From Acidimicrobiia bacterium (lineage in GTDB: Bacteria; Actinomycetota; Acidimicrobiia; Spongiisociales; ZC4RG35), in assembly GCA_035305585.1 (NCBI GenBank), contig DATGOV010000002.1, positions 2,476-66,475 on the forward strand: DNA of 64,000 bases, written 5' to 3'. The notes under the pieces were generated by a model. It saw only the letters and a program-made list of their open reading frames with translations, was not told the origin of the DNA and did not search any database. Position numbers and translations under genes: made by a program. This document shows positions 10,428 through 20,232 of the stretch, piece by piece (within the stretch, counting starts at the first letter, position 1; each line of letters starts with the position of its first letter).

Positions 10428-12980
10428 GTGCCCGTTACCCTGAGAGCCGACATGCGAAAGGTTCCCGAAAAGCCATCGATCGACGGTCTCGAAGAGCACT
10501 GGAGCCGCCGGTGGGAGGAAGAGGGCACGTACCGATTTCCCGACGACGTGTCCCGGGAGGACGTGTACTCGATCGACACGCCTCCCCCCACGGTGTCCGG
10601 CTCCCTGCACATGGGGACGGTGTTCGGCTACGCCCAGGCCGACGCGATCGCCCGCTACCAGCGGATGAAGGGAAAGGCCGTCTTCTACCCGATGGGCTGG
10701 GACGACAACGGCCTGCCGACCGAGAGGCGCGTCCAGGCCTACTACGGGGTGTCCTGTGACCCGTCGTTGCCGTACGACCCCGATTTCCGTCCGCCCGAGG
10801 AGCCTTTCGATCCGCCGCGAGCCGTGTCCCGGCGCAACTTCATCGAGCTCTGTCACATCCTCACCGACGAAGACGAGAAGGCCTTCGAGGAGTCGTTCCG
10901 CATCCTGGGTCTGTCGGTCGACTGGAACCACCTGTACACCACGATCTCGGAGTCGACGCAGGAGATCAGCCAGCGCGCCTTCCTGGCCAACCTCGAGCGG
11001 GGTGAGGCGTACGCCGCGGAGGCGCCGGTCCTGTGGGACACCGATTTCCAGACCGCGGTCGCCCAAGCCGAGCTCGAGGACCGGGAGCGGCCCGGGGCGT
11101 ATCACCGGGTCGCCTTCCACCGCCCCGGAGGCGGCCCCGTCTACATCGAGACGACCCGCCCGGAGCTGATCGTGTCGTGCGTGGCTCTGGTGGCCCATCC
11201 CGACGACAGCCGGTACCAGGACCTGTTCGGCGAGACGGTCGTCTCCCCGATCTTCGGCGTGGAGGTCGAGGTCCACGCCCACGAGCTGGCCGACCCTGAG
11301 AAGGGGAGCGGCATCGCCATGATCTGCACATTCGGCGACACGACCGACGTCACCTGGTGGCGGGAACTGGCGCTGGACACCCGGACGGTGATCCGCCGGG
11401 ACGGCCGGTTCCAGGAGGAGACACCCCCCTGGGTCACGACCAGGAAGGGCAAGGCCGCATACGCCGAGTTGGCGGGCAAGTACGTCAACCAGGCCCGGAG
11501 ACGGATGGTCGAGCTGCTGGCCGAGTCGGGCGACCTCGACGGCGAGCCCCGGGCGATAACGCACGCCGTCAAGTACTACGAGAAGGGTGACCGTCCACTC
11601 GAGATCATCTCCAGCCGCCAGTGGTACATCCGCAACGGCGGCCGCGATCCCGAGCTCCGAGAGAAGATGCTCGAGCTGGGAGAGCGGCTCGAGTGGGTGC
11701 CCGACTACATGAAGGTGCGGTATCGCCACTGGGTGGAGGGTCTCTCGGGTGACTGGCTGATCAGCCGACAGCGGTTCTTCGGCGTGCCCATCCCACTGTG
11801 GTACCGCCTCGACGACGACGGCGAGCCCGACTACTCGGACCCCCTCAGGCCGCGTCTCGAAGACCTCCCGGTCGACCCGAGCACCGATGTTCCACCCGGC
11901 TACACCGAAGAGCAGCGGGGGAAGCCCGGTGGCTTCATCGGCGACCACGACGTCTTCGACACGTGGGCCACCTCCTCGCTCACGCCCCTGATCGCCGGCA
12001 AGTGGGGCCAGGACGACGCCTTGTTCGAGGCCGTCTATCCGATGGACCAGCGGCCGCAGGGTCACGAGATCATCCGAACCTGGCTGTTCTCCACCGTTCT
12101 GCGCGCCTACCACGAGTTCGGGGAACTGCCGTGGAAGCGGGCCACGATCAACGGGTGGATCCTCGACCCCGACCGCAAGAAGATGTCGAAGTCGAAGGGC
12201 AACGTCATCACGCCGATGGGGCTGTTCGAGAAGTACGGCTCCGACGCGGTGAGATATTGGGCGGCTTCGGCTCGGCCCGGTGCCGACACGGCGTTCGACG
12301 AAGGGCAGATGAAGATCGGGCGGCGTCTGGCGCTGAAGGTCCTCAACGCCTCCCGGTTCGTCCTGAGCCTGTCCGACGACGTGTCGCCGGAGGCGGTCAC
12401 GGTGCCGCTGGACCGGTCCATGCTCGCTCGGCTGGCGACGACGGTCGAGGAGGCCACGGCCGGCATGGAGACGTTCGACTACGCCCGCGCCCTCGACGTC
12501 ACCGAGAGCGCCTTCTGGGAGTGGACCGACGACTACCTCGAACTGGTCAAGGGCCGCGCTTACGGTGGAGACGCCGCCGCGGCGTCAGCCCAGGCGGCTC
12601 TCCAGCTCGCGCTGTCGGTGTTCTTGCGGCTGTTCGCCCCGGTGCTGCCGTTCGTCACCGAAGAGGTGTGGAGCTGGTGGCAGGAGGGTTCGGTCCATCG
12701 AGCTCCCTGGCCGAGGCCGGAGGAGTTGACCGTTCACGCCGGTGACCCCGCGGTCCTCGATGTCACCGCCGAGGTGCTCTCGAGGGTGCGGAAGGCGAAG
12801 TCCGACGCCAAGGTTTCGATGCGCACCCCGGCTCGCAAGGTGGTCGTCGCAGACATCGCCGATCGCCTGGAGGTGCTGCGCCAGGCGGCGGACGATCTCG
12901 CCGAGGCGGCAAAGGCCCAGCAGTTGGAGTTCGTGGAAGGGGAGTTCGCCGTCGACACCGAACTGGTCGACGCCAGCTGA
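10428..12980 (+). CDS. valS: valine--tRNA ligase (actinobacterial/archaeal-like short form)
   Basis: 850 aa class I aaRS. HIGH-type motif (SGSLHMGT) and KMSKS motif present. Editing-domain-length insertion. The overall N-terminus is typical of actinobacterial ValRS. Confidence 0.85.
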   Translation: MPVTLRADMRKVPEKPSIDGLEEHWSRRWEEEGTYRFPDDVSREDVYSIDTPPPTVSGSLHMGTVFGYAQADAIARYQRMKGKAVFYPMGWDDNGLPTERRVQAYYGVSCDPSLPYDPDFRPPEEPFDPPRAVSRRNFIELCHILTDEDEKAFEESFRILGLSVDWNHLYTTISESTQEISQRAFLANLERGEAYAAEAPVLWDTDFQTAVAQAELEDRERPGAYHRVAFHRPGGGPVYIETTRPELIVSCVALVAHPDDSRYQDLFGETVVSPIFGVEVEVHAHELADPEKGSGIAMICTFGDTTDVTWWRELALDTRTVIRRDGRFQEETPPWVTTRKGKAAYAELAGKYVNQARRRMVELLAESGDLDGEPRAITHAVKYYEKGDRPLEIISSRQWYIRNGGRDPELREKMLELGERLEWVPDYMKVRYRHWVEGLSGDWLISRQRFFGVPIPLWYRLDDDGEPDYSDPLRPRLEDLPVDPSTDVPPGYTEEQRGKPGGFIGDHDVFDTWATSSLTPLIAGKWGQDDALFEAVYPMDQRPQGHEIIRTWLFSTVLRAYHEFGELPWKRATINGWILDPDRKKMSKSKGNVITPMGLFEKYGSDAVRYWAASARPGADTAFDEGQMKIGRRLALKVLNASRFVLSLSDDVSPEAVTVPLDRSMLARLATTVEEATAGMETFDYARALDVTESAFWEWTDDYLELVKGRAYGGDAAAASAQAALQLALSVFLRLFAPVLPFVTEEVWSWWQEGSVHRAPWPRPEELTVHAGDPAVLDVTAEVLSRVRKAKSDAKVSMRTPARKVVVADIADRLEVLRQAADDLAEAAKAQQLEFVEGEFAVDTELVDAS

Positions 12981-12992
12981 CATGGTGAGGGG

Positions 12993-13063
12993 GCGCAAGT
13001 GACCAGGTACTTGCGCAGTACGAGCAAGTAGCTGTATACTTGCGTCATATATGCAAGTAGCTG
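12993..13063. promoter_or_regulatory. array of five alternating GCAAGT/ACTTGC half-sites (putative operator, possibly also the valS terminator hairpin) with a TATACT -10-like hexamer
   Basis: GCGCAAGT 12993-13000. TACTTGCG 13008-13015. GCAAGTAGCTG 13024-13034. TACTTGCG 13037-13044. GCAAGTAGCTG 13053-13063. TATACT at 13035-13040. The stretch is locally AT-rich. Confidence 0.5.
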
Positions 13064-13659
13064 CTCTCATCGGTGACGTGGTGGCTTCCCGGGAGAGCTC
13101 CGACCGGGCCTCTCTCCAGGATCGGCTGTTGGGCGTGCTCCGAGGGGTGTCGGAGCGCTATTCGAGCGAGTTGGCGGTCACCCTCGGCGACGAGTTCCAG
13201 GGCCGCTATGGCTCCCTGGCGGAAGCGGTGGCGGTCTCGTGGGAGCTCCACATCCGCTGCCTGCCCTTCGCTCGCCTGCGTCTCGGATTGGGATGGGGCG
13301 AGATCCTGGTGGAGGCACCGGGACGGGAGCCATTCGGCCAGGACGGGCCGGCATGGTGGAACGCTCGCGACGCGATCGAGCAACTGGCGGGGACGTCACA
13401 CCCCTCCCGTACATTGGTCCGCACCGGCACCGACTGGGACGAGCTCTTGAACGCCTACCTCACCCTCCGCGACAACTCCTTGGACGACATCGACAGCGTC
13501 GACAGCCAGATCCTGGTGGCCCTGGGCGAGGGCCACACCCAACGGGCCATCGCCGACCGATTGGGGCTGCACGAGAGCTCGGTGAGCCGACGTGTGCATC
13601 GTCACCGGCTGGCCACCCTGCTCGACGTATCGGCACCGAGCATCCCGGGGTTCGGATGA
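13051..13659 (+). CDS. SatD-like protein with C-terminal helix-turn-helix
   Basis: The N-terminal pattern VAALIGDVVASR...AVTLGDEFQG...LRLGLGWGEI...GPAWWNARDAIE matches my recollection of the SatD family (PF16264). C-terminal HTH-like TQRAIADRLGLHESSVSRRV. Confidence 0.55.
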   Translation: MQVAALIGDVVASRESSDRASLQDRLLGVLRGVSERYSSELAVTLGDEFQGRYGSLAEAVAVSWELHIRCLPFARLRLGLGWGEILVEAPGREPFGQDGPAWWNARDAIEQLAGTSHPSRTLVRTGTDWDELLNAYLTLRDNSLDDIDSVDSQILVALGEGHTQRAIADRLGLHESSVSRRVHRHRLATLLDVSAPSIPGFG

Positions 13660-14006
13660 CGCTCGGGGCGCTGGGCACGGTCGCCATTGCGGCCGCACTG
13701 ACGATCCCCTCCAACTGGTTCGTCCGGGCGCTGCTCGAGAGGATCAAGGCGGCGCCCACCGGTGGGTCCGACGGCGCCGGCCGCTGGATCGGGATCCTGG
13801 AGCGGCTGCTGATATTCCTCCTCGTCGTCGGTGACGAGGCGGGAGCGGCGGCGCTCGTGGTCGCCGCCAAGGCCATCCTGCGGTTTCCCGAGATCACGGG
13901 CGACGAGCCGCACTTGTCGGCCGAGTACGTGCTGATCGGCTCGCTCTCCTCCTGGCTCCTGGGAATGGCCGGGGGGCTACTCGCCAAACAGTTGCTCGGC
14001 GTTTGA
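13656..14006 (+). CDS. small integral membrane protein (DUF3307-like, SatD-associated)
   Basis: The ATG at 13656 overlaps the upstream TGA (ATGA). 116 aa with 3-4 hydrophobic helices and the segment GRWIGILERLLIFLLV. Confidence 0.45.
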   Translation: MTLGALGTVAIAAALTIPSNWFVRALLERIKAAPTGGSDGAGRWIGILERLLIFLLVVGDEAGAAALVVAAKAILRFPEITGDEPHLSAEYVLIGSLSSWLLGMAGGLLAKQLLGV

Positions 14007-14087
14007 CCGGCTGACGGGCCGGTATCCTGGCCTCCCCATGGTGCCCCATCCGATTCCTGGCTGTTCTGTCGCGCTCGCGGAGGCGTC

Positions 14088-15179
14088 GTGAGCTTGCGCG
14101 CCGGTATCGTCGGTTTGCCGAATGTCGGCAAGTCCACGCTGTTCAATGCGCTGACGGCGGCGAACGTAGAAGCGGCCAACTATCCCTTCGCCACGATCGA
14201 GCCGAATGTTGGCGTCGTGTCGGTGCCCGACGAGCGGCTCGCCGCCATCGCTTCGGTGATCGAGACCCAGAGAGTGGTGCCGGCGGTGGTGGAGATCGTC
14301 GACATCGCCGGTTTGGTGCGCGGTGCGAGCGAGGGTGAGGGACTCGGCAACCAGTTCCTCGGTCACATCCGGGCCGTCGACGCGATCCTCGAAGTCGTGC
14401 GGTGCTTCGACGACGCCGACATCACCCATGTAGAGGGATCGGTCGATCCAGTACGCGACATCGACACCATCGAGACGGAGTTGATTCTCGCCGACCTGCA
14501 GGTGGCGGAGCGACGGCTGGAACGTTGGGAGAGGGCGGCGAAATCGGGTGACAAGACTCTGGTGGAGGCGCGGGATGTGGCCCGCCGGGTAGTCGATCAC
14601 CTGGGACGAGGCAACAGCGTCCGGAGCGGGCAGTGGACCGAACGGGAGCGCGAGGTCATCGACCAGATGGAGATGCTCACTGCCCGGCCGATCCTCTACG
14701 TGTGCAACGTCGACGAAGGCGGCCTCAGGGGCAATGACCACACGCGGGCCGTGGAGGAGTGGGCGACCGAACGGGGCGAGCCGGTGGTGGTCGTCTGCGC
14801 CCAGGCCGAAGCCGAGATCGCCCAGCTCGACCCGGAGGATCAGGCTGACTTCCTCGCCGACCTGGGCCTGGAAGAGCCCGGCCTGCACACCCTGGCGCGG
14901 GCGACCTACGAGCTCCTGGGTCTCCGTACGTTCTTCACGGCGGGCCCGAAGGAGATCCGGGCCTGGACCATCGTCGCGGGCACCAAGGCGCCGCAGGCTG
15001 CCGGCGTGATCCACTCCGACTTCGAAGCGGGCTTCATCCGGGCCGAGGTGTACCGAGTGGAGGATCTGGTCGAGCACGGCTCCGAGGCGGCCTTGCGGGC
15101 GGCGGGGAAGCTGCGGGTGGAGGGAAAGGACTACGTCGTCGAAGACGGCGACGTCCTCCACATCCGATTCAACGTCTGA
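14088..15179 (+). CDS. ychF: redox-regulated ATPase YchF
   Basis: [19 protein letters not shown]-loop, TGS-type C-terminus and 363 aa. GTG start with GGAGG upstream. Confidence 0.95.
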   Translation: MSLRAGIVGLPNVGKSTLFNALTAANVEAANYPFATIEPNVGVVSVPDERLAAIASVIETQRVVPAVVEIVDIAGLVRGASEGEGLGNQFLGHIRAVDAILEVVRCFDDADITHVEGSVDPVRDIDTIETELILADLQVAERRLERWERAAKSGDKTLVEARDVARRVVDHLGRGNSVRSGQWTEREREVIDQMEMLTARPILYVCNVDEGGLRGNDHTRAVEEWATERGEPVVVVCAQAEAEIAQLDPEDQADFLADLGLEEPGLHTLARATYELLGLRTFFTAGPKEIRAWTIVAGTKAPQAAGVIHSDFEAGFIRAEVYRVEDLVEHGSEAALRAAGKLRVEGKDYVVEDGDVLHIRFNV

Positions 15180-15185
15180 TCGGGC

Positions 15186-15626
15186 TCACGGCACGGTCAG
15201 CACCGGGCAGGGAGCGATGTGCGTGACGCGGTCGGCCACCGAGCCCACCAGGAGACGCTCGACGAGACCGGCACCCCGACGTCCGACCACGAGGAGGTCG
15301 GCGTCTTCGGAACGGCACAGTTCGGCCAGCTGTCCCGCCGGATCCCCGACTTCTTGGACCGTGTCGTACTCGATCCCTTCGAGATCCAACGCCGCTTCCG
15401 CCCGGTCGAGGATCTCCTTTCGGGCTTCGACCACCGCGGTCGCGAATGCCTCCGGTGCCGGCGGCTCCCCGCCGATGCCCCACCATCCTTCGGGTGGGCG
15501 GACGACCGTGGCGAGCACGAGCCGGGCTCCGAACCGCCGGGCGATGGCCGCCGCCAGACTCGCCGCTGACAGGCTCTGCTCGGAGCCGTCGATCCCAGCC
15601 ACGATCGTCTCGATCTTCCAATCCAT
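15186..15626 (-). CDS. universal stress protein (UspA family)
   Basis: IVAGIDGS... N-terminus and the C-terminal block LLVVGRRGAGLVERLLVGSVADRVTHIAPCPVLTV. Start taken at MDWKIE. Confidence 0.8.
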   Translation of the reverse strand: MDWKIETIVAGIDGSEQSLSAASLAAAIARRFGARLVLATVVRPPEGWWGIGGEPPAPEAFATAVVEARKEILDRAEAALDLEGIEYDTVQEVGDPAGQLAELCRSEDADLLVVGRRGAGLVERLLVGSVADRVTHIAPCPVLTVP

Positions 15627-15669
15627 GTGTGCACCTCCGGCGCCACACATTAGGCACCGGAGATGCCCG

Positions 15670-18600
15670 TCAATCGTCGCCCGGGAGTTGCGCCATCCGG
15701 TAGATGAATGCGGCCATCTGCCCTCGAGTGATGGGCTGGTCGGGGCAGAAGCGGTCGTTGGTCGGCGGGTTGCACCCGCGCGTGATGTCGGACGCGGCGA
15801 GGGCGTCGATGGCGTCTTCGTGGATGTTTCCGTCGTCGTCGACGAACCGGTCGGATCCTGCTCCGGCAGCTAGCCCGAAACTGCGGACGAGGAACGTCGC
15901 CATCTGTGCCCTGGTGAGTTTCTCGTCGGGGCAGTACTCGTCGTTCGTGGGCGGGTTGCATCCCTTCGTGATCCCGGCTGCAGCGAGCCGGTTGATCTCG
16001 TCCTGGAAGATCACTTTCTCGTCGTCGACGAAGAAGTTCTCGTCGGTCGATCCCAAGTCGAGCGTTCGGTGGAGGAACGCCGCCATCTGACCTCGGGTCA
16101 CGGACTCCTCGGGGCAGAAGCGGGTGTTCTGTGGGGGGTTGCAGCCCCGCGTGATTCCCTGCGTGGCGAGCCAGACGATCTCGCCATGGAACAAGTGGTC
16201 CTCGGGAACGTCGTCGAAACTGGGCGGCTCCGCCTCGTCCGAGGGCGGGTCGTCGTCGCCGTCCCCCGGGGGTTCCGTCGAGGCGGTGAGGTCGGCTACG
16301 GCGTGCTGCTGCCCGACCGGGTTGTTCGGGAACAGCCAGAGCATGTCGCCGCCGCGGTCGGTCGGCACCGTGACGCTCTCGCCTCCGTCGAGCACCTGGC
16401 TCAGGCCGTCGGGAGCCGTGACTTCTGCCTCGAGATCGACAGTGATCACGTCACTGATCCCCGACGGACCGAGTTGGTCGAACACCATCACGGTCATGTC
16501 GAAAGCGGTGCCGTCGTCGCCGAGGAATCCGAAGGTGCCGGTCAGGTCGGCTGGGACGATCATCACCTGGTCGTTCATGTCGGTGACCGCGTCGTACAGA
16601 ATCACACCTCCGCCGCTGGCGAGATCGATCAGTGCCGTGACCACGTTCCCGGTGGGCTCGGGAGCGCCGGTGAGCAAGCCGAGGTCGGCAGCGACCAGGA
16701 CGAAGTCGTCGGAGCCGTCCTGGTCGACGTCGATGAACACGTTCACCTCCGTCTCTGAGGGAGCCGACCATGGCTGGCTCAAGGCGAGGCCGAACTCGAT
16801 CGTCCGGGTTCCGCCGGACTCGCGCTCGGCGTCTGAGGTGCGGTAGCCGACCTGCGCCAGCGAACCGATGCCGTCGCCGGCGGCGGTGAACCCGTCGGCG
16901 AAACCCAAAGACGGTCCGTCGTTGGTCAGCGCCACTTCCTGTTCCCCTCCCGCGGCGGCCACGGTCGATGCCGGATCGACCACGGCTATGAGCCCGACCC
17001 GCAACCGGTCCTCCGGGTCCTCGGGGTTGCTGAGGACGAGCCACGCGTCGGCCTCCCTCTGGCTGAGGAAGCCGTCGTCGGGAGCGAGGGCCGCCGGATC
17101 GACGGTCAAGGTCACGTCGAGCGACTCGCCCGTGTCCACCGTGGTGGACGAGACGGACCAGTCGACACCGTCGAGCGTCTGGTTCTTCTCGATCTCGGCT
17201 TGGTAGGTCAGGTCGCCACTCAGTCCCGTGACCTCGATCGCTGCGGTCTGCGTGGTGGGTTCGAGCGCGTTCACTCTCATCACCACCCCGCCGGGCGTGG
17301 TGTAGGCCGACAGGTTCTCGACGATCCGGTCGATTTGCACCGTACCGGTGCCCTGACGGGAGATCGGTACCACGCCGTCGGCGTCGCTCGCCGGATTGGC
17401 GGCGTTCATGAGCAACGCCTTGGCCGCCTCGGGCGTGAGGTCGCCTCTCCACTCGCGCAGCAGCGCCGCCGCGCCGGCCACATGGGGAGTGGCCATGGAC
17501 GTCCCGGAGCTCAAAGCAGCCCCGTCGCCGGTGCCGACGTCGGCCGAGCGGATGTTGAAGCCGGGGGCACTCACATCTGGCTCGAAGGCGTTGCCGAACC
17601 CGGGGCCCTGCGAAGAGAAGTCCGCCATCGTGTCGGCGAGGCCCTCCAGCGACGTCGTCAGGTCGCCGCGCAACGTCACCGTCACGGGGCTCTCGGCGGA
17701 GTGGGTCCTCCGAATGAGTTCGCCGGTCTCCTGGCGCACCATCATGGCCGGGATGTGAGGCCGGGGCTCGGCGCCATTGTGGGCCATCGTGATCGGCGGT
17801 CCTTCTACGTTGTTGACCACGAGCACGCCGATGGCACCGGCCTGCTCGGCATTGCGCACCTTCTCGGTGAACTCACACGTGCCGCGGTCGACCAATGCGA
17901 TCTTCCCTGTGACGTCGTTCGTGAGCGGGTTGCAGGCGTCGGACGGTGCCGCGAGGGCGAGCTCGCCCTGCGTGGGCGGGTCGAGCGAGCCGAACTCGCT
18001 GCCCGCCGCTTCGTATTCGCCTCTGATCGATTCCGGCTCGTCGATCGTCATCGCCATGACCTCGGCTCCGCCGTCGAGGGAAGCGGCGACCGAAATGACG
18101 CCGTCGGCGACGGCTGGAGACCCGGTCACGTAGGGAAGGGGCCCGGCGTTGCCGGCGGCGGCGACGACGATCACGCCGAGGTCCACCGCGTTCTGCGCGG
18201 CGATCGACGACGGGTCGTTGGGGTGCCCGTAGTCCGACCCGAGGCTCATGTTGATCACATCGACGGCATCCTCGATGCTCCCGTCCCCGTTGGGATCGAG
18301 AGCCCACTCGATGGCGTCTGCGACGAGATCGGTGGAACCGGCCACGTCTCCGAACACCTTCAAGGCGTACAGCTCGGCGCCGGGAGCGACGCCCTGGCCG
18401 ACGGTGCCGGTGGCGAGGCCGGCGGCCGTGGCGGCGACATGGGTGCCGTGGCCGTCGACATCGAGCGGATCGTCATCGGGCTTCGGGGCGAGATCCGGAT
18501 CCGCGGCGTCGTAATACGAGCCGGCGAAGTCGTAGCCGCCGACCACCTTGTCGTTGGGAAAGCCGTCCTCGCTCACCAGTTCGGTCGGGTCGTTGTCGGC

Positions 18601-19224
18601 GTAGTCGGCGGGATCGCCGCTACCCCCCAAGGCGGCGTGGGTGTAGTCGATTCCCGTGTCGATGATGGCGATCGAGGTGCCTTCGCCGGTCAGTTCCAGG
18701 TCGTCGGCCTCGTCATGCGCCCGGATCCACGGCACACTGGTCTCGTTCAGCAGGTGGTAGCGGGTCACGGTCGCCACGGACTCCACGCCTTCGGCGGAGC
18801 GGATCAGGGGGATGTCACCGGCCCGCACCACGGCTCGGATGCCGTTGGCGCCAACGACGAGGCGAGACCTCTCTTCGATCACGAGCTCGCCGATCTCGGC
18901 CATGACTTCCCGTTGCTGGGCCTTGACGGCCAGCGCCTGGGCGCGCTGTGCAGCCCGTCCCGCCCCGGTCGAGGCGGCGAACTCGGCCACCGAAGGCCTG
19001 TCGAGCTGGATGAAGACCTGGACCTCTTCGTCGGGATGACGCAACTCGAAGTCGGGTGAGACCACTGCCCCCATCCGTTGCCCGCGTTCTCGGGTGTCGC
19101 CGTCGGTCTGTGCCCCGAGGGGAGTGGCGACGATGGCCGAGGCGATGAGGGCAGCGATGGTCAGCAGCGAGATGCGTCTCCGCACGGTTCCCCTTCCCTC
19201 GTTCGACGGGTTAGCACCATACAC
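15670..19224 (-). CDS. secreted S8 (subtilisin-like) serine peptidase with PA domain and three C-terminal SLH-like repeats
   Basis: Signal peptide present. Catalytic blocks IAIIDTGID (Asp), DGHGTHVA (His) and SGTSMATPHVAG (Ser). Three ~60-aa C-terminal repeats of the form F.DD....H...I..LA..GIT.GCNPP.N..FCP....TRGQMAAF..R. Confidence 0.9.
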   Translation of the reverse strand: MYGANPSNEGRGTVRRRISLLTIAALIASAIVATPLGAQTDGDTRERGQRMGAVVSPDFELRHPDEEVQVFIQLDRPSVAEFAASTGAGRAAQRAQALAVKAQQREVMAEIGELVIEERSRLVVGANGIRAVVRAGDIPLIRSAEGVESVATVTRYHLLNETSVPWIRAHDEADDLELTGEGTSIAIIDTGIDYTHAALGGSGDPADYADNDPTELVSEDGFPNDKVVGGYDFAGSYYDAADPDLAPKPDDDPLDVDGHGTHVAATAAGLATGTVGQGVAPGAELYALKVFGDVAGSTDLVADAIEWALDPNGDGSIEDAVDVINMSLGSDYGHPNDPSSIAAQNAVDLGVIVVAAAGNAGPLPYVTGSPAVADGVISVAASLDGGAEVMAMTIDEPESIRGEYEAAGSEFGSLDPPTQGELALAAPSDACNPLTNDVTGKIALVDRGTCEFTEKVRNAEQAGAIGVLVVNNVEGPPITMAHNGAEPRPHIPAMMVRQETGELIRRTHSAESPVTVTLRGDLTTSLEGLADTMADFSSQGPGFGNAFEPDVSAPGFNIRSADVGTGDGAALSSGTSMATPHVAGAAALLREWRGDLTPEAAKALLMNAANPASDADGVVPISRQGTGTVQIDRIVENLSAYTTPGGVVMRVNALEPTTQTAAIEVTGLSGDLTYQAEIEKNQTLDGVDWSVSSTTVDTGESLDVTLTVDPAALAPDDGFLSQREADAWLVLSNPEDPEDRLRVGLIAVVDPASTVAAAGGEQEVALTNDGPSLGFADGFTAAGDGIGSLAQVGYRTSDAERESGGTRTIEFGLALSQPWSAPSETEVNVFIDVDQDGSDDFVLVAADLGLLTGAPEPTGNVVTALIDLASGGGVILYDAVTDMNDQVMIVPADLTGTFGFLGDDGTAFDMTVMVFDQLGPSGISDVITVDLEAEVTAPDGLSQVLDGGESVTVPTDRGGDMLWLFPNNPVGQQHAVADLTASTEPPGDGDDDPPSDEAEPPSFDDVPEDHLFHGEIVWLATQGITRGCNPPQNTRFCPEESVTRGQMAAFLHRTLDLGSTDENFFVDDEKVIFQDEINRLAAAGITKGCNPPTNDEYCPDEKLTRAQMATFLVRSFGLAAGAGSDRFVDDDGNIHEDAIDALAASDITRGCNPPTNDRFCPDQPITRGQMAAFIYRMAQLPGDD

Positions 19225-19248
19225 CAGGTCCAGTGGCTGCAGGGTCCG

Positions 19249-20232
19249 TCAGTCGCGATACCAGATCACACCCTCGCGCTCTTCACTCCGGACCAGCTCA
19301 CGAAGTCGGAGATGCTCGAGATGGGAGACGGTCTCGAGGAGCGCGAGTCGTTGCTCGTCGGGAGTGAGGTGGGGGCGGAAAACCTTCCCCACCATCTCCC
19401 ACGCCGTCACCGGGGAGACCTCAGCGACTTGGAGCATCCGGTTCAGCCGGCGCTCGTGGTGGAGGATCAACTGCTCCACCCGGGCGGAGCCGCGCTCGAT
19501 GATCGTGCCGTGAGCCGGGTAGGTGAGGCCGATCCGCTCCTCGAGGAGTCGGCGCAGGGAGCGCAGGTAGTCGCCGAGTACGTCCTCGTGCTCCTCGTCG
19601 TACATGATCACCGGCGAGATCCGGGGCAGCACATGGTCCCCGGAGAACACGACGCCGGTTCGTGAGTCGCGGAGGCAGATGTGTGCCGGCTCGTGCCCCG
19701 GTGTGTGGAGGACATCCAAATGGCGTCCGCCGCCGAGGTCGATGCGGTCGCCGTCATCGAGCAGGACGTCGGGCGGTTCCAGCGTCGGCATGAAGGAAGG
19801 GCGTTCCTTGCTGCCCGCCAGGGCGGAAGCCGAGTGGGGAGGCGCTCCGTGCTTCTCGGCGATGCGGCGGTTGCGATCCACGAATCCGACGGTGTCGTTG
19901 TAGCGGTCCATGCGAGCCGCCGCCCGTCGGTGCATGACGAATCGGCAACCGTGCTCGGCCACCACACGACCCGCCATGCCGACGTGGTCCGGATGGAGAT
20001 GGCTGACGATCAGCGTGTGGATCGCCGCCCCGGCCAGACCGACTGCGGCGAGGCCGGACTCGAGCGCCGCCCGCCCCGGTTCCCAGTCACAGCCACAGTC
20101 GATGAGGACGATGCCGTCGTCGGCTTCGATCGCATAGCAGTTCACCCATGCCGGGGTGGGGAAGGGAAGGGGAGCGGGGACCAGATGGATGCCCTCGCCC
20201 AGCGAGCGCGGGTCCGGTAGAGGACCGTTCAC
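19249..20232 (-). CDS. MBL-fold metallo-hydrolase
   Basis: HxHxDH motif (SHLHPDHVG) and a later His-containing block (LHTPGHEPAH). The GTG start at 20232 overlaps the dodecin stop (GTGA). The long upstream ORF extension was rejected. Confidence 0.8.
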   Translation of the reverse strand: MNGPLPDPRSLGEGIHLVPAPLPFPTPAWVNCYAIEADDGIVLIDCGCDWEPGRAALESGLAAVGLAGAAIHTLIVSHLHPDHVGMAGRVVAEHGCRFVMHRRAAARMDRYNDTVGFVDRNRRIAEKHGAPPHSASALAGSKERPSFMPTLEPPDVLLDDGDRIDLGGGRHLDVLHTPGHEPAHICLRDSRTGVVFSGDHVLPRISPVIMYDEEHEDVLGDYLRSLRRLLEERIGLTYPAHGTIIERGSARVEQLILHHERRLNRMLQVAEVSPVTAWEMVGKVFRPHLTPDEQRLALLETVSHLEHLRLRELVRSEEREGVIWYRD

